DNA from: the human T2T-CHM13v2.0 reference genome, Homo sapiens
Length of the DNA: 64,000 bases
Direction of reading: 5' to 3'
NCBI GenBank assembly: GCA_009914755.4
Contig: CP086569.2
Span: 3,168,001-3,232,000 of the forward strand
A program made the position numbers and the translations under genes. A model generated the notes under the pieces. The model was not told where the DNA came from. It saw only the letters and a program-made list of their open reading frames with translations, and made no database searches. Positions 53,196 through 64,000 of the stretch are shown piece by piece; the first letter of the stretch is position 1, and every line of letters begins with the position of its first letter.

Positions 53196-56100
53196 TTTTA
53201 TATAAATTTTAGGATTATTTTCTATCTTTGTGAGGAATGTCATTGTTATTTTAATAGAGATTTCATTGAATTTGTAGATTGCTTTCGGTATTATGGACAT
53301 TCTAACAATGTTGATTCCTCCAATCCAAGAATGTGGTATATCTTTGCAATTGTTGGTATCCTCTTCAATTTCTTTCATTAGTGTTTTATAATTGTACTTA
53401 GAGAGATCTTTTAATTCTTCATGTAAGCTAATTTCTAAGAATTTAGTTTTATTTTTTGTGATCATAAATTGAATTACATTTGATTTCCTTTTCAGATTGT
53501 TCACAATTGCCATATATAAATGCTACAGATTTTTGCATATTGATTTTATATCTGTGATTTTACTAGATTTGTTATCACTTCTAGTAGTTTCTTGGTGGAG
53601 TCTTTAGGTTTTTCCAAGTATGAGATCATACTATCTGCAAATAAGAACAATTTGAATTATTTATTTTTAATTTGAAAGCCATTTATTCCTATCTCTTGTT
53701 TGTTGGCTCTAGGTAATACTTCCAGTGCTACGTGGAAGAACAGTGGTGAAGGTGGGCATTCTTTTCATGTTTCAGATCTTAAAGGAAAGCTTTCAGTTTT
53801 TTCCCATTCAGTATGATAATAGCTGTGGGTCTGTCATATATGGCTTTTATTAGGTTGAGGTATATTATCTCTGTGTCCACTGTTTTCAGGGTTTTATTAT
53901 GAAGGGATATTTAATGTTATCAAATGCCTTTTCAGCATCAATTGAAATGTTCATATAACTTTTGTGCTTCATTTTGATGATGATTTATCACATTGATTTG
54001 TGCATGTTGAACCATCCTTGCATCGCAGTGACAAATCCCACTAGGGTATGATGAATGATCTTTTAAATATATTGTTGAATTATATTTGCTACTATTTTCT
54101 TGAGGATTTTTGCATCAATATTCGTCAGGGATATTTGTCTGTAGTTTTATTTTGTGGACGTGTCTTTGGTTTTTGTATTAGGGTAATACTAGCCTCATAA
54201 AAGGAGGTTGGAAGTATTTTCTCCCCCTCTAACTTTCAAAATTACTTGAATATGATTGGTATTACATCTTCATTAAATGTTTGGTGGAATTCTGCAGTGA
54301 AGCTATCATGTCCTGGGTTTTTCTTTACTGGGATAATTTTTATTATGGCTCTGATGTCATTACTTCTTATTGGAAAATTCAGGTTTTGGATGTCTTCATG
54401 GTTAATTATTGGTAGATTGTATGTGTCTAGGAATTTTTCCACATGTGGGGAGTACTGCCAGACTACCTCCGATGTTCCCTTATGGCCCAAAGGCTCTTCA
54501 ATCAGCTTGTGGTAAATGCTGCCTCACTTGGACTCCCCCTTTAGGGCAGTAGGTTCTCCTCTCACAAAGAGCTGGTCTAGTAATGTCTTCCAAGAGCCCA
54601 GTCCTAGAACTGAGGACTCCAATAGCCCACTTGATCCTCTACCCTTCTGTGTTTAAGCTGATATCTAAAGTGCAAGACAATGTGCCCTTTACTTTTCCTT
54701 CCATTTTTCTCAAGTGGAAGGAGTCTCTCACCTTGTATCCACCTCAGCTGGGAATATGCTAAGTCTCACCTGAAGCCTCCAAATCTGAGTCTCACCCAAG
54801 GTCTTTGATGTAGTACCTGGATATTACTGCTGGTTATTCAGGGTCCAAGGGCTCTTCAGTTAGCAAGTGACAAATGCTGGTAAAACTGCATCTTTTTCTT
54901 CATGTCAGAGGGTTCCCTTCAGACCCAGGGTGTCTAGAAATGTTATCTGGGATTGAGGTCCTGGAAAGGGAGCCTAACAACTGTGATTGGTACCCTATCC
55001 TGCTGTGGCTGAGCTGGTATTCAAGATGCAGATAAAGTCCTCCCCCCTCTTTCCTCTCCTGTCTTCAAGTAGAAGGAAGCAGTCTCTTTTGGAGCCATGA
55101 GATGTGTAGCCTGGGGTCAGAAGAGGGGCGATTCCAGCACTCTCTTAACCACCCTACCTGGCATCTCAATAGGTCATGTGTCCCTGCCCCCAGTCCACCA
55201 GCTCTGGGCCTAGTTTAGTACAGGGACTTGCCTAGGAGTTGCAGCCTTTGTGACAGAGGCTACCTTTCAAATTTATTTCAGCTCTCAGTAGTGAGGCTTG
55301 CTGGAAGTCAAGTTTGGACTACTGGGATTGGCAATTCCCCTCTGGCTAGGGCAGGCTTAAATGCTCCCTCCGTGGGCAGGTGTCAGCTAAGTTTGGTCCA
55401 GTTTTGCTTCTGCTATAACAGGGCAGCACTGAGTCAATCCCTTCCCCCACGACAACAACAACAACAAAAATGCTCTTCACACCACACTAGCACTGCCAGT
55501 GGGTGGAAAGAGGGGTGGCATTGGTGATTCAAGACTGTTTTTCCTACCTTTTCACTGTCCCTTTCAGCAATAAGTAGTTGAAACCAGGTACTTTGAGTAC
55601 TCAGCTGATTTTTGTTTCTTACAAAGGGGCTTTTTGTGTGTAGATAGTTGTTAAATTGGTGTCGTTGGGTGGGGGCCAATCAGTGGCACCTTCTATGCTG
55701 CTGCCGTCTTGCTCCCATTCTGAGTTTGCTCCGAGAATATTTAATTTCAGCTCCAAAGTAGATTGCACAACAACTAATCAAGAGAAAAAAATCTGCATTC
55801 TAAATGAATCAAACACCTTTCATTAAAATAAAAGGACTGCCAAGAACAGATTAAAATGTTGGGCCTTAGCCCAGGATAGAATTTCTATCTAGGTCAAGGA
55901 ACTCACTCTTACCGTTTCTAAGTGGGAAGAATGTGAATCCTTTAAGAAATAAAACACTTCGTAGTAAACAAACATTCTATAGATTTGAAGATACATGAAA
56001 ATAACAACTCCATTTTTGTACTTTTATTTACAAAATTAATTTAGAAGCATAATTCCTAATTCAAATAACTACTTCCTAATGTCTTCCTATATTCCATCAC

Positions 56101-56243
56101 AATAAATACCTCCAATTCCCAGGGCACAGCAAACAGCAAAAACGATAACAGTAACAAAACTAGTTATATATTAGTTGCTGTCTGTTCAAGGTTGATCAAG
56201 AAGTAGATTCTAAATTTTCCACAAAGAGGTCTCTAAAGCATAA

Positions 56244-56624
<381 letters not shown>

Positions 56625-59600
56625 TAGAAAGAAGTGCATTCATCATTATGGCTGAATTACTGCTATAATCTTTATATTCTTTTGAAACTCTTCTTTATAT
56701 TATTATATTACCTATAAAACTGCTTTTTTGTTTTTGATGCTTAGCCTATTTTTGCCTTAATTCAGCAATAATAGTTATTATGTGTATTAATTGTATAATA
56801 AATTGAAGTATACCCTACACTTTTTAGACAATATATCATAGGTGACATTGAACTTAGTTTATGTACATTTATTTAAAATGACATCTACTAACGTATGGAT
56901 TTTGAGAAAATGTTGAAAAAAGTCTATAATGTCTGCTTCCTCATCTGTAAAATAAATGATTTGTAATAGATTGTCTCCAGGTGTCTTACAAAACTAAAAT
57001 TTTGTGTTCTATAATAGACAGAAGTAAAACAAGCAGTTTCAAAGAATGTAAGAATTATACCAATACTTCAGGGAAAAAAATGTCATATCTTTTGAACAAT
57101 TCACTAGGTAAGTTACACACTTTGTGATGATAAATACCCAACTTTCTAAGGAACATACTCAGAAAACTTCAAGTGCTATGTTTTCGAGAGAATATTATAT
57201 AATTGGTGCTAGAACTGAAATAAAATAAATAGCAGTCTCAGGCAGTTTTATACGTATTACTATGTTTATTAATAAGCAGCAACCATGTCCCTTCATTTTC
57301 TTCTTATCACTGAACACAAAATGTAAGGAGAAAATCTTTGTCAAAGTTTTTGAAAAATTTTATTAACATGAAGAGGTCCTTCCCTGTTTCTGTGCTGAAC
57401 AGTACATTTCAATCAGCAACAAAAGTAAGTGGTATCTGTAATTCTGACCATGAGTTTTGTAATACTGTGTGATGACAGCTGAAATATGAGATATGGACCA
57501 TCAAGTTTGCTTAACACTGATCACAGCTGCCTTTTCAAATTCAAGAGAACCCAGCATTCTTTTGTTGTCATGAATTAATATATCAATATTAAATAAAATT
57601 AAATTTTTGTGAGAATTTCTTATCTTTTACTCTGTAGGAAATAAACAGCTGTTTTTTTTTCTATTTGAATTAACATTTTGTATTGTCTTTGTTTTCCCTT
57701 GTTATATTATATCCACTTTTAAAAATGAAAATGAGATTCTCCAGGAACTTTGACTTTAGTGGAATGAAAAATTCATCTTGTAGCTGGTTGGTAAAAAAAA
57801 AGTAAATATTAGAGGAATTAAGAATATATATGGGTTCTTTCCAATGCATGGTGCAATCCTGTCCACAGGTCTTCATTAGCAAATGGTGGTGGTATTTATC
57901 TGAATGGATAGCCAAACAGTTTATTTCCATAAAAATATCAGGGTTTTAAACTGGTATAAAAAAAAGGAAGAAAAAGAAAAAAACCCCAAAACCACAGGTT
58001 TCTAGCAATGATGACTGAGTGGGGGCAAGGAAGACTCAACCTAAGTAGTATTTTAACAAATCTGTCATGTTTGAATGGTGAGAGCTCCATGGAAGAAAGG
58101 AGATGCCAAGTAGTGCTTCAAAGCTTCGGACCACAACCAAAACACAGCATCATTTCAAACAGAAGCAGCAGCCAAACACTGTTCACTTTGATACGGTTCA
58201 ACGATGCTGACATCAATATTTAATCATCTGCTCACTCATCCAGGAAGAAGGGGAGATCAGTTACTACTGTACTGTGATTGTGTTCAACTCAATCATCATG
58301 TTATAAAAACAGCAAGCTGCCATAATGAAAAATAAAGTTCCTCTATCCAGTACCAGTAATCTTCAGTTCTTCACCTCCAAGCCTACAAACACCATAACCA
58401 TATCCAAAGAACATAGGGGAGCAAAAAAAACCACACCTGATGTATTAGCTGGGACCACGATATTGTTCAGGCTGAGTTATTCCTCTGCAGTCTTATTTTC
58501 CTTATATTTTTGGTGTTTCATCTAATCATAAGGATTTTTAGGTCTAAATTATATGTACTCAAAAAAAATGTGTGCATATATTTATATATAAATTCTGACT
58601 GAAGATGCATAGCCATCAGCCCAGCGCATGTTAACATAGTAGGTGCAAGCTTGCAAAGCCTCATTTTTACTGGTATAGCAGCTGTGTGTCAGTGTAAATT
58701 CCTCCTATGTCCCTTGTACATCTCCAAGCTCTGAACAGGAAAATGTTACAGACCATTTTGCCCCTTTGGCTTCTGGCATTATATGACTTAATCCTCCATG
58801 TTTTCCCTCTCCATCTCCCAATCACCTGCAATAAACCATAGCCTTTAAGATTTTGTTTCTTCAGTTTTGATCATCTGAGGTTTGATTGGTCCAGTTCTAA
58901 CAGGTTTGGTGGCTATGGATGGTGCAGTGGGTGGCTTTTCTTCTACTTTTCCGTGACAGACACCAGGAGGGTTGGCCAGTGTTTCAGGAGTTTTACTTGA
59001 ATCACACCAGTTTTTAGCTGATGTTCATGAAGAACAGTGACTACCTAGAACTGTGCCCCTAATTAAAGGAAATCCTAAGAAGGTGCATTTCTTTACAGAG
59101 CTGTGTCATGCCGTCCTTTGGGCCCCCTTCTGGAAAAGTAGAATCAACTCTCGAATAATGCCTTTTTAATTGTATCCTCTAGTATTATAGATATAGGACA
59201 GTACTGTATCATACCTCTGTGAATGTAAAATATCTTGTACTTGCTTGATGATACTTAGTAGTGACCATACTTTATAAGAGCTGTTTTTAATTAGGTTATT
59301 CTAGAATGTTTTCTTTCCACATGATGATTCAGAAGCTAATTTTAAAAAATGGTGCCAGGTACCACAACAGTAACAGAACTTTGTAGTTTTCTGGGGTTTT
59401 GTTTTTTACCTCCCCCCGCCATTTTTTTAAATGGAGTGTGCTGGATGTCTCTATAATTTTGTTCAGATGACCGCAGAACCTGGAAAAACTGTTGCTGCTA
59501 TTGATCCGTAACATACTGCTGTTATTGATCTATATATATATATGCACACATATATATAATTTCAATTTTTGGAAACTTTAGATGTGCTGTCAACTTTGGA

Positions 59601-59895
59601 AAAAGTACCCCAGTTTACTGTGTTGAGTTGGCATTGTACAGAAATTAACGGCCATATTGGTCTACAAACATTAAACTTATTTTTTTCGATTTGTACAGGG
59701 GTAACACACTGTATTAAATATGTAAGGTCTTATGTACATGGGTTTGATTATAGAAACTAATAAAGTATTCTCTAAATAATGAAAAAAAATCAGGGTTTTA
59801 GCCACATAATCAGCAACATTGGTATATGCATGAAACTGTGCTAAATAGCATAAAAGAATGCAAAAGCCCTGCCCTAGTATGAGAAACAAGAAATG

Positions 59896-59896
<1 letters not shown>

Positions 59897-59930
<34 letters not shown>
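59897..59930. repeat. (AC)17 microsatellite
   Basis: Uninterrupted acacac... run. A shorter (TA)n(CA) tract lies at ~59533-59560. Confidence 0.95.
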
Positions 59931-59932
<2 letters not shown>

Positions 59933-61572
59933 AAACACATACACAATATAAACATTGATAGTTGACAAGCAGAACTTAATGGAGAATGACAAAGTGAGAA
60001 TCGTGCCCCATAGGCATTTATTTTAAAAGCTGATTTGCCTGGAGTAAGGCAAATTTTGAAAGTGTCAACTTTTTATCAAGCAATTTTAACCTGTACATGT
60101 AATTCCTTTATGTAAACTATTTAAATCTCATGCAATCTTATGAAGCAGGTATTATTTTCTCCCAATTTTATAGGTTAAGAAACTGAGGTTTGTGGGGATT
60201 AAGTCATTTAATCAAGATAAAATAGCTAGCAAATGATAAACTTAGTTTTTTAAATCTAGGCCTATATGCCCACTGATCTAGAATTCTTAATAAATAGAGA
60301 TGCTACACTTTCTAAATTCCCCTGTATATTTCATTAGAAAAAAGATCTTATTTGTTTTCTTTATTCTATTTTTTGTGTCCAGCAAAATTCCAGGTATATA
60401 TATTAGATATACAAGAAATATTTGTAGAGTGAATGAATGATCAGTAAAAGCATAAAATATGGAGGCTTTTAAGAAAAAAGACAGAAAAGAATAAGCCCAA
60501 AATGTATATAGCATATGGTTCACTGACCACTATAAATAAGATATAGACATAAAATTCACTAAATATAGAAAAATAAAATAGAAGAAGTAGAATTCCCCAA
60601 GTTAGCCCTGGTAGCAGGAGATTTGGCAAAGAACCTCTATCAAGTGGATGAAGGAAGCAGAGATTTTAAAAAAGGAAAAAAAAAATGGAGAAAGATGACA
60701 TTGGCATTAGCTCATTTGAAAGTAATGTTTTCTTTAGAATATCTTTAAATTTTCAGAAAAGTTGCAAATACAGTTCAGAGTATTCCCATGTATTCAACAC
60801 CCAGTTTCCCCCCTTATATTAATAAATTGCCTTTGTAAGGCACATTTTTCAAAACTGACAAATCAATATTGATACATTACTGTTAATTAAAGCCCATACT
60901 TTTTTCAATTTTCTTAATTTTAACTAATGTGTTTTTTCTATTACAAGACTTCATGCAGGATATCACATTATACTAGTTATCATGTCCCCTTAGGCTCCTC
61001 CTGTCTATGACAGATCTTAGAATTTCTTTGTTTTTGATGACATTGGCAGGTTTGTAAAGTACTAATCAAGTAATTTGTAGAATGTCACTTAATTGGAATA
61101 TGTCTAATTATTTGTCACATGAGTAGACTGGTTACGTTTTTTTTTTTTCCAGAAGATTGTGGAGGTAAAGTGTCTTTTGTGTCACATTATATCAAGGGTA
61201 CATGCTATGAACACACTTTCTCACTGGCAATGTTAACCTTGATCACTAGGCAAAGTTAGTGTTTGTCAGGGTTCTTCAACTATAAAAGTCAGTATTTTTA
61301 CCCCTTCACGTACTATACAGCTCAAAAGAATGTCCTCATGTTCAGCCAACACTTATGAAGTGGAGCTCCTTGTGGGGGTAGTATCTAATTTAAATTATTT
61401 GGAATTCTTCTGAATGGGACATTTGTTCATTGTCCCTCATTTAGTTACTTATTCATTTATTTATGTCAATGTGGACTCATACATATTTGTTTTTTCCTTA
61501 TGTTATACTACAATGTAATTTATTCATTTTGTTTTTCAAATTCTTCCACCTTTGGTTATTGAGATCTCTTTC

Positions 61573-61890
61573 TTTGTTTTGTTTTGTTTTGTTTTGTGTT
61601 TGTTTTGAGTCAGGGTCTTGCTCTATTGCCCAGGCTGAAGTGCAGTTGTGTGATCATTGTTCACTGCAGTCTCAAACTCTGGGGTCTAAATTATCCTCCT
61701 GCCTCAGGTCCCACATAACTGGGACTATAGGCATGTGCCACCACACACAGTCAGGTGTTTTATATTTTGCACAAGTTCAGTCTTGCTCTGTTGCCCAGAC
61801 TGTTATGGAAATCCTGGCCTAAACTAATCCTCCTTCCTCAGTCTCCAAAAGTGCTGGAATTACATGGGTGAGCCACTATTCACCGCTGGG
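61573..61890 (-). mobile_element. Old, diverged Alu (J-like) antisense with (GTTTT)n tail
   Basis: ctttgttttgttttgttttgttttgtgtttgttttgagtcagggtcttgctctattgcccaggctgaagtgcagttgtgtgatcattgttcactgcagtctcaaactctggggtc...gtcttgctctgttgcccagactgttatggaaatcctggcctaaactaatcctccttcctcagtctccaaaagtgctggaattacatgggtgagccactattcaccgctggg. ORF 61463..61822 is an Alu translation. Confidence 0.85.
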
Positions 61891-62429
61891 AGCTCTTTAA
61901 GTAAACTCCTATGCTAATTTGGCATACCCAATCATTGTGCATGTGTGTGTTTCCTATCATTTAATTGTTGAGTATTTCCTTTACTTTCTGTCATTACACA
62001 ATGCTCCAAGTTTATCTTCTATAGTTTTTAAAATGTCCTAAAATCCATTATTTCCCAGGTAAATCTGCTCCTGTTTATTGGATAAAGGTACTAAAAACCA
62101 GACCAAGTTTATTGGATCTGGTTTCTGGGTGTTCTTATTGTTATTGATGTATCCTTTTTTCAAGGTCTTCTCAGCTAGCAGAGCAATAGGGGTATGCGTG
62201 TATGCTAGCCCATGTGTGTACAAATATTTATCAATCTAAGGTTACTCATTTATCATCTCTATCTATATGAAGTAATTATTAGTTCATACTTTTGTTTCTA
62301 AGTAATCAATTACAACAATGATAAATCTAGTTATTTTTATTTGCTTGTTCTCCAGAAGTAAGAAACAAGGCTATCAACATCTGACATTCATTTACTTGTT
62401 TATTCTAGCACGCATTTATACTAGTTTCA

Positions 62430-64000
62430 GAATTGTTAGTCCATACCTTATCAATCAAAATACACCTGACATGCCCTACAAGAAATGCTAGAAAGAGTTC
62501 TTCAAGCCAAAATGAAAGCATACTAGATGTTAATGTGAAGCCAGATGAAAATATAACTATATTTAGTGACGTTAAATACATCAACAGTATGAAAACCAGG
62601 ATTATTGTAATATAAATTTTTCTTCAGAATTTAAAAAAACAAAATGCATAAAAATGTATAAGTCTATCTTAATGAATGCACAATATATAAAGATGTACTT
62701 TGTGATATTAATAATACATAGCAGTAGGGCAGAGAGATAAAGTAGAGTCTATATATGCAAATAAAGTTTAATTGATATCAATTTAAAATAGATTGTTGTG
62801 ACTTTAAGGTATGATATTCAATCCCTATAATAACCACAAGGAAAATATCTATGAAATATACACAAAAAGAAATAAGAAGAGAATTAAAACATGCTATAAC
62901 AAAAACTCAACTAAACAAGAGAAAGAAGAAGTAATGGAGGGAATGATGAATGCAAAAATTAATAAGCATGCAGAAAATGATAACGAGATTGCAATATAAG
63001 CCCCTACCTATAAGGATTTTTAAAAAATATAAATGGACTAAATCCCTCAATTGAAAGGCATAGATAAGTGGGTGAATTGTTTTAAAATAATCCAATTACA
63101 TTCTGTGTACAAGAGACTCATTATAGTGGAAAATAAAAAGATGGGAAATATATTCCATGCATATTAATAACCAAAGAAGTGTAGTAGTGGCTATACTAAT
63201 ATTAGAATAAAATAGTCTTTATGTAAAAAAACTGTTACGAGACAAAAAAAGAACATTATATGTTGATAGGAGGTTTAACTAACCAAGAATATATAACAAT
63301 TATAAACAAATATGCACCAAACATCAAAGCTCCGAAGTATGTAAAGCAAACATTCACAGAACTGAACAAATATATAGAAAATTCTACAATAATAGCTGGA
63401 GACATAAACAGGAGTATTTCATTTGATAACAGAAAGAGCACACAAAAAATTGGTAGAGACTAGGAAAGTTCATAGTACTACAGACCAAGTTGACATAATA
63501 GACATACAGAATGCTCCTCACATTGAGAACTGAATATACATTTTCTTCAAGTGATTATGGAACAATCTTCAGGAAATTTCATATTTTACACCCCGAAACA
63601 AGTTTCAATAAATTTTTAAAGACTAAAATTCAACAAATATCATATCTGAACTCAGTGGAATACAACCAGAAATCAAGAACGAAAGGAACAATGGAAAATT
63701 CACAAATATGTGAAAACTGAAAAAAAACACTCTTGACCAACCAATAGATCTAGGAAGTAACTATTAAAAATATTTTAAAAATCATGGGAGAAATGAAAAT
63801 TAAATACAACAAGCCAAAAGGTATGAGATGCAGCAAAAAAAGTAATAAGAAGACAATTTAGAACTATAAGCAATTATATTAAAAGGGAAGAAAAATCTCA
63901 AATCAAAAGTCTAATTTTATACCTTAAGAAACTAGGAAAAGAAAAGTTTAAACACAAATCTAGCAGAAGGATGAAAATAACAAAAATAAGACAGGAGACA
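62430..64000 (+). mobile_element. Ancient L1 (L1M-type), sense: ORF1 3' end, ORF2 endonuclease region; continues past the window end
   Basis: ...gattgcaatataagcccctacctataaggatttttaaaaaatataaatggactaaatccctcaattgaaaggcatagataagtgggtgaattg parallels ITLNVNGLNSPIKRHRLAEWI. ORF 63260..63463(+) translates to GGLTNQEYITIINKYAPNIKAPKYVKQTFTELNKYIENSTIIAGDINRSISFDNRKSTQKI, which parallels L1 EN EELTILNIYAPNTGAPRFIKQVL..L..DSHTIIMGDFNTPLSTLDRSTRQK. Confidence 0.6.

Larger units (their letters stand above)
51706..55745 (-). mobile_element. L1 (L1P-type), antisense, with the 5'UTR abutting mid-ORF2 (ORF1 and the ORF2 5' half absent)
   Basis: Region by region:
- 3' end, 51706-52060: antisense form tttatggggtacatgaggtgttttgatacaggc (cf. 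ggggtacatgtgcacaacgtgcaggtttgttac).
- ORF2 C-terminus: ORF 52062..52604(-) translates to ...[81 protein letters not shown]...[26 protein letters not shown].
- ORF2 RT region: ORFs 53145..53513(-) ([36 protein letters not shown]) and 54242..54490(-) (EKFLDTYNLPIINHEDIQNLNFPIRSNDIRAIIKIIPVKKNPGHDSFTAEFHQTF).
- From ~54470, the sequence switches to antisense 5'UTR with two tandem ~370-bp units. It is homologous to 17333-19325.
- 5' terminus near 55745: the reverse complement reads ggagcaagacggcagcagcatagaagg. Confidence 0.7.

Noticed and set aside
58000-58560. ORFs 58008..58223 and 58325..58525 and nearby AATAAA motifs as a possible 3' exon or UTR
   Set aside because: The peptides are short, low complexity and have no similarity I can recognise. 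AATAAA occurs by chance frequently in AT-rich DNA. The call cannot be supported without transcript or conservation data.

Overview
This window is almost certainly primate (human-type) nuclear DNA, not a prokaryotic locus. I could not find the undescribed biological system the prompt suggests, and I did not invent one.

What is here:
- **Alu elements:** 13 full or near-full Alu elements (S- and Y-type) plus one minimal Alu remnant. Nearly all the short ORFs in the supplied track that read ...[10 protein letters not shown]...LPGSS...[14 protein letters not shown]... are frame-translations of Alu.
- **LINE-1:** at least nine L1 fragments of different ages.
  - Older L1M-type 3' ends and ORF2 pieces.
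  - Two L1P-type copies carrying long 5'UTRs with internal tandem ~300-370 bp repeats.
  - An ancient, nearly full-length L1 at roughly 44.9-51.2 kb.
  - A partly inverted L1 cluster at 31.6-39.0 kb.
  - Every ORF longer than 100 aa in the track lies in L1 ORF2 pieces, in GC-rich L1 5'UTR tandem repeats, or in one unclassified stretch at 5344-5796; I treat none as a gene.
- **Other repeats:** two LTR-like solo elements, one possible pogo/Tigger-like DNA-transposon remnant, several microsatellites, and a few local tandem duplications.
- **Unique sequence:** the rest (about 9-10.4 kb, 12.5-15.1 kb, 20.0-23.3 kb, 28.3-30.0 kb, 41-43.4 kb, 56.6-61.5 kb) is AT-rich DNA. I see no convincing protein-coding ORF, rRNA, tRNA, CRISPR array, operon or CpG island there.

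The most useful second-look items are structural transposable-element events:
- two L1 insertions with the 5'-inversion signature of twin priming;
- a young AluY with intact target-site duplications inside an L1;
- a 5'-truncated AluY with no visible target-site duplication;
- an 18-bp Alu remnant with an A31 tail and target-site duplication;
- an Alu with an expanded A31 internal linker;
- an L1 in which the 5'UTR abuts mid-ORF2;
- polymorphism-prone repeats: (TG)22, (AC)17, (AAAAT)10, and a perfect 54-bp tandem duplication.

All coordinates are read by eye and are approximate (about ±20 bp for element ends). Family and subfamily calls rest on my recall of the consensus sequences and need RepeatMasker/Dfam confirmation.
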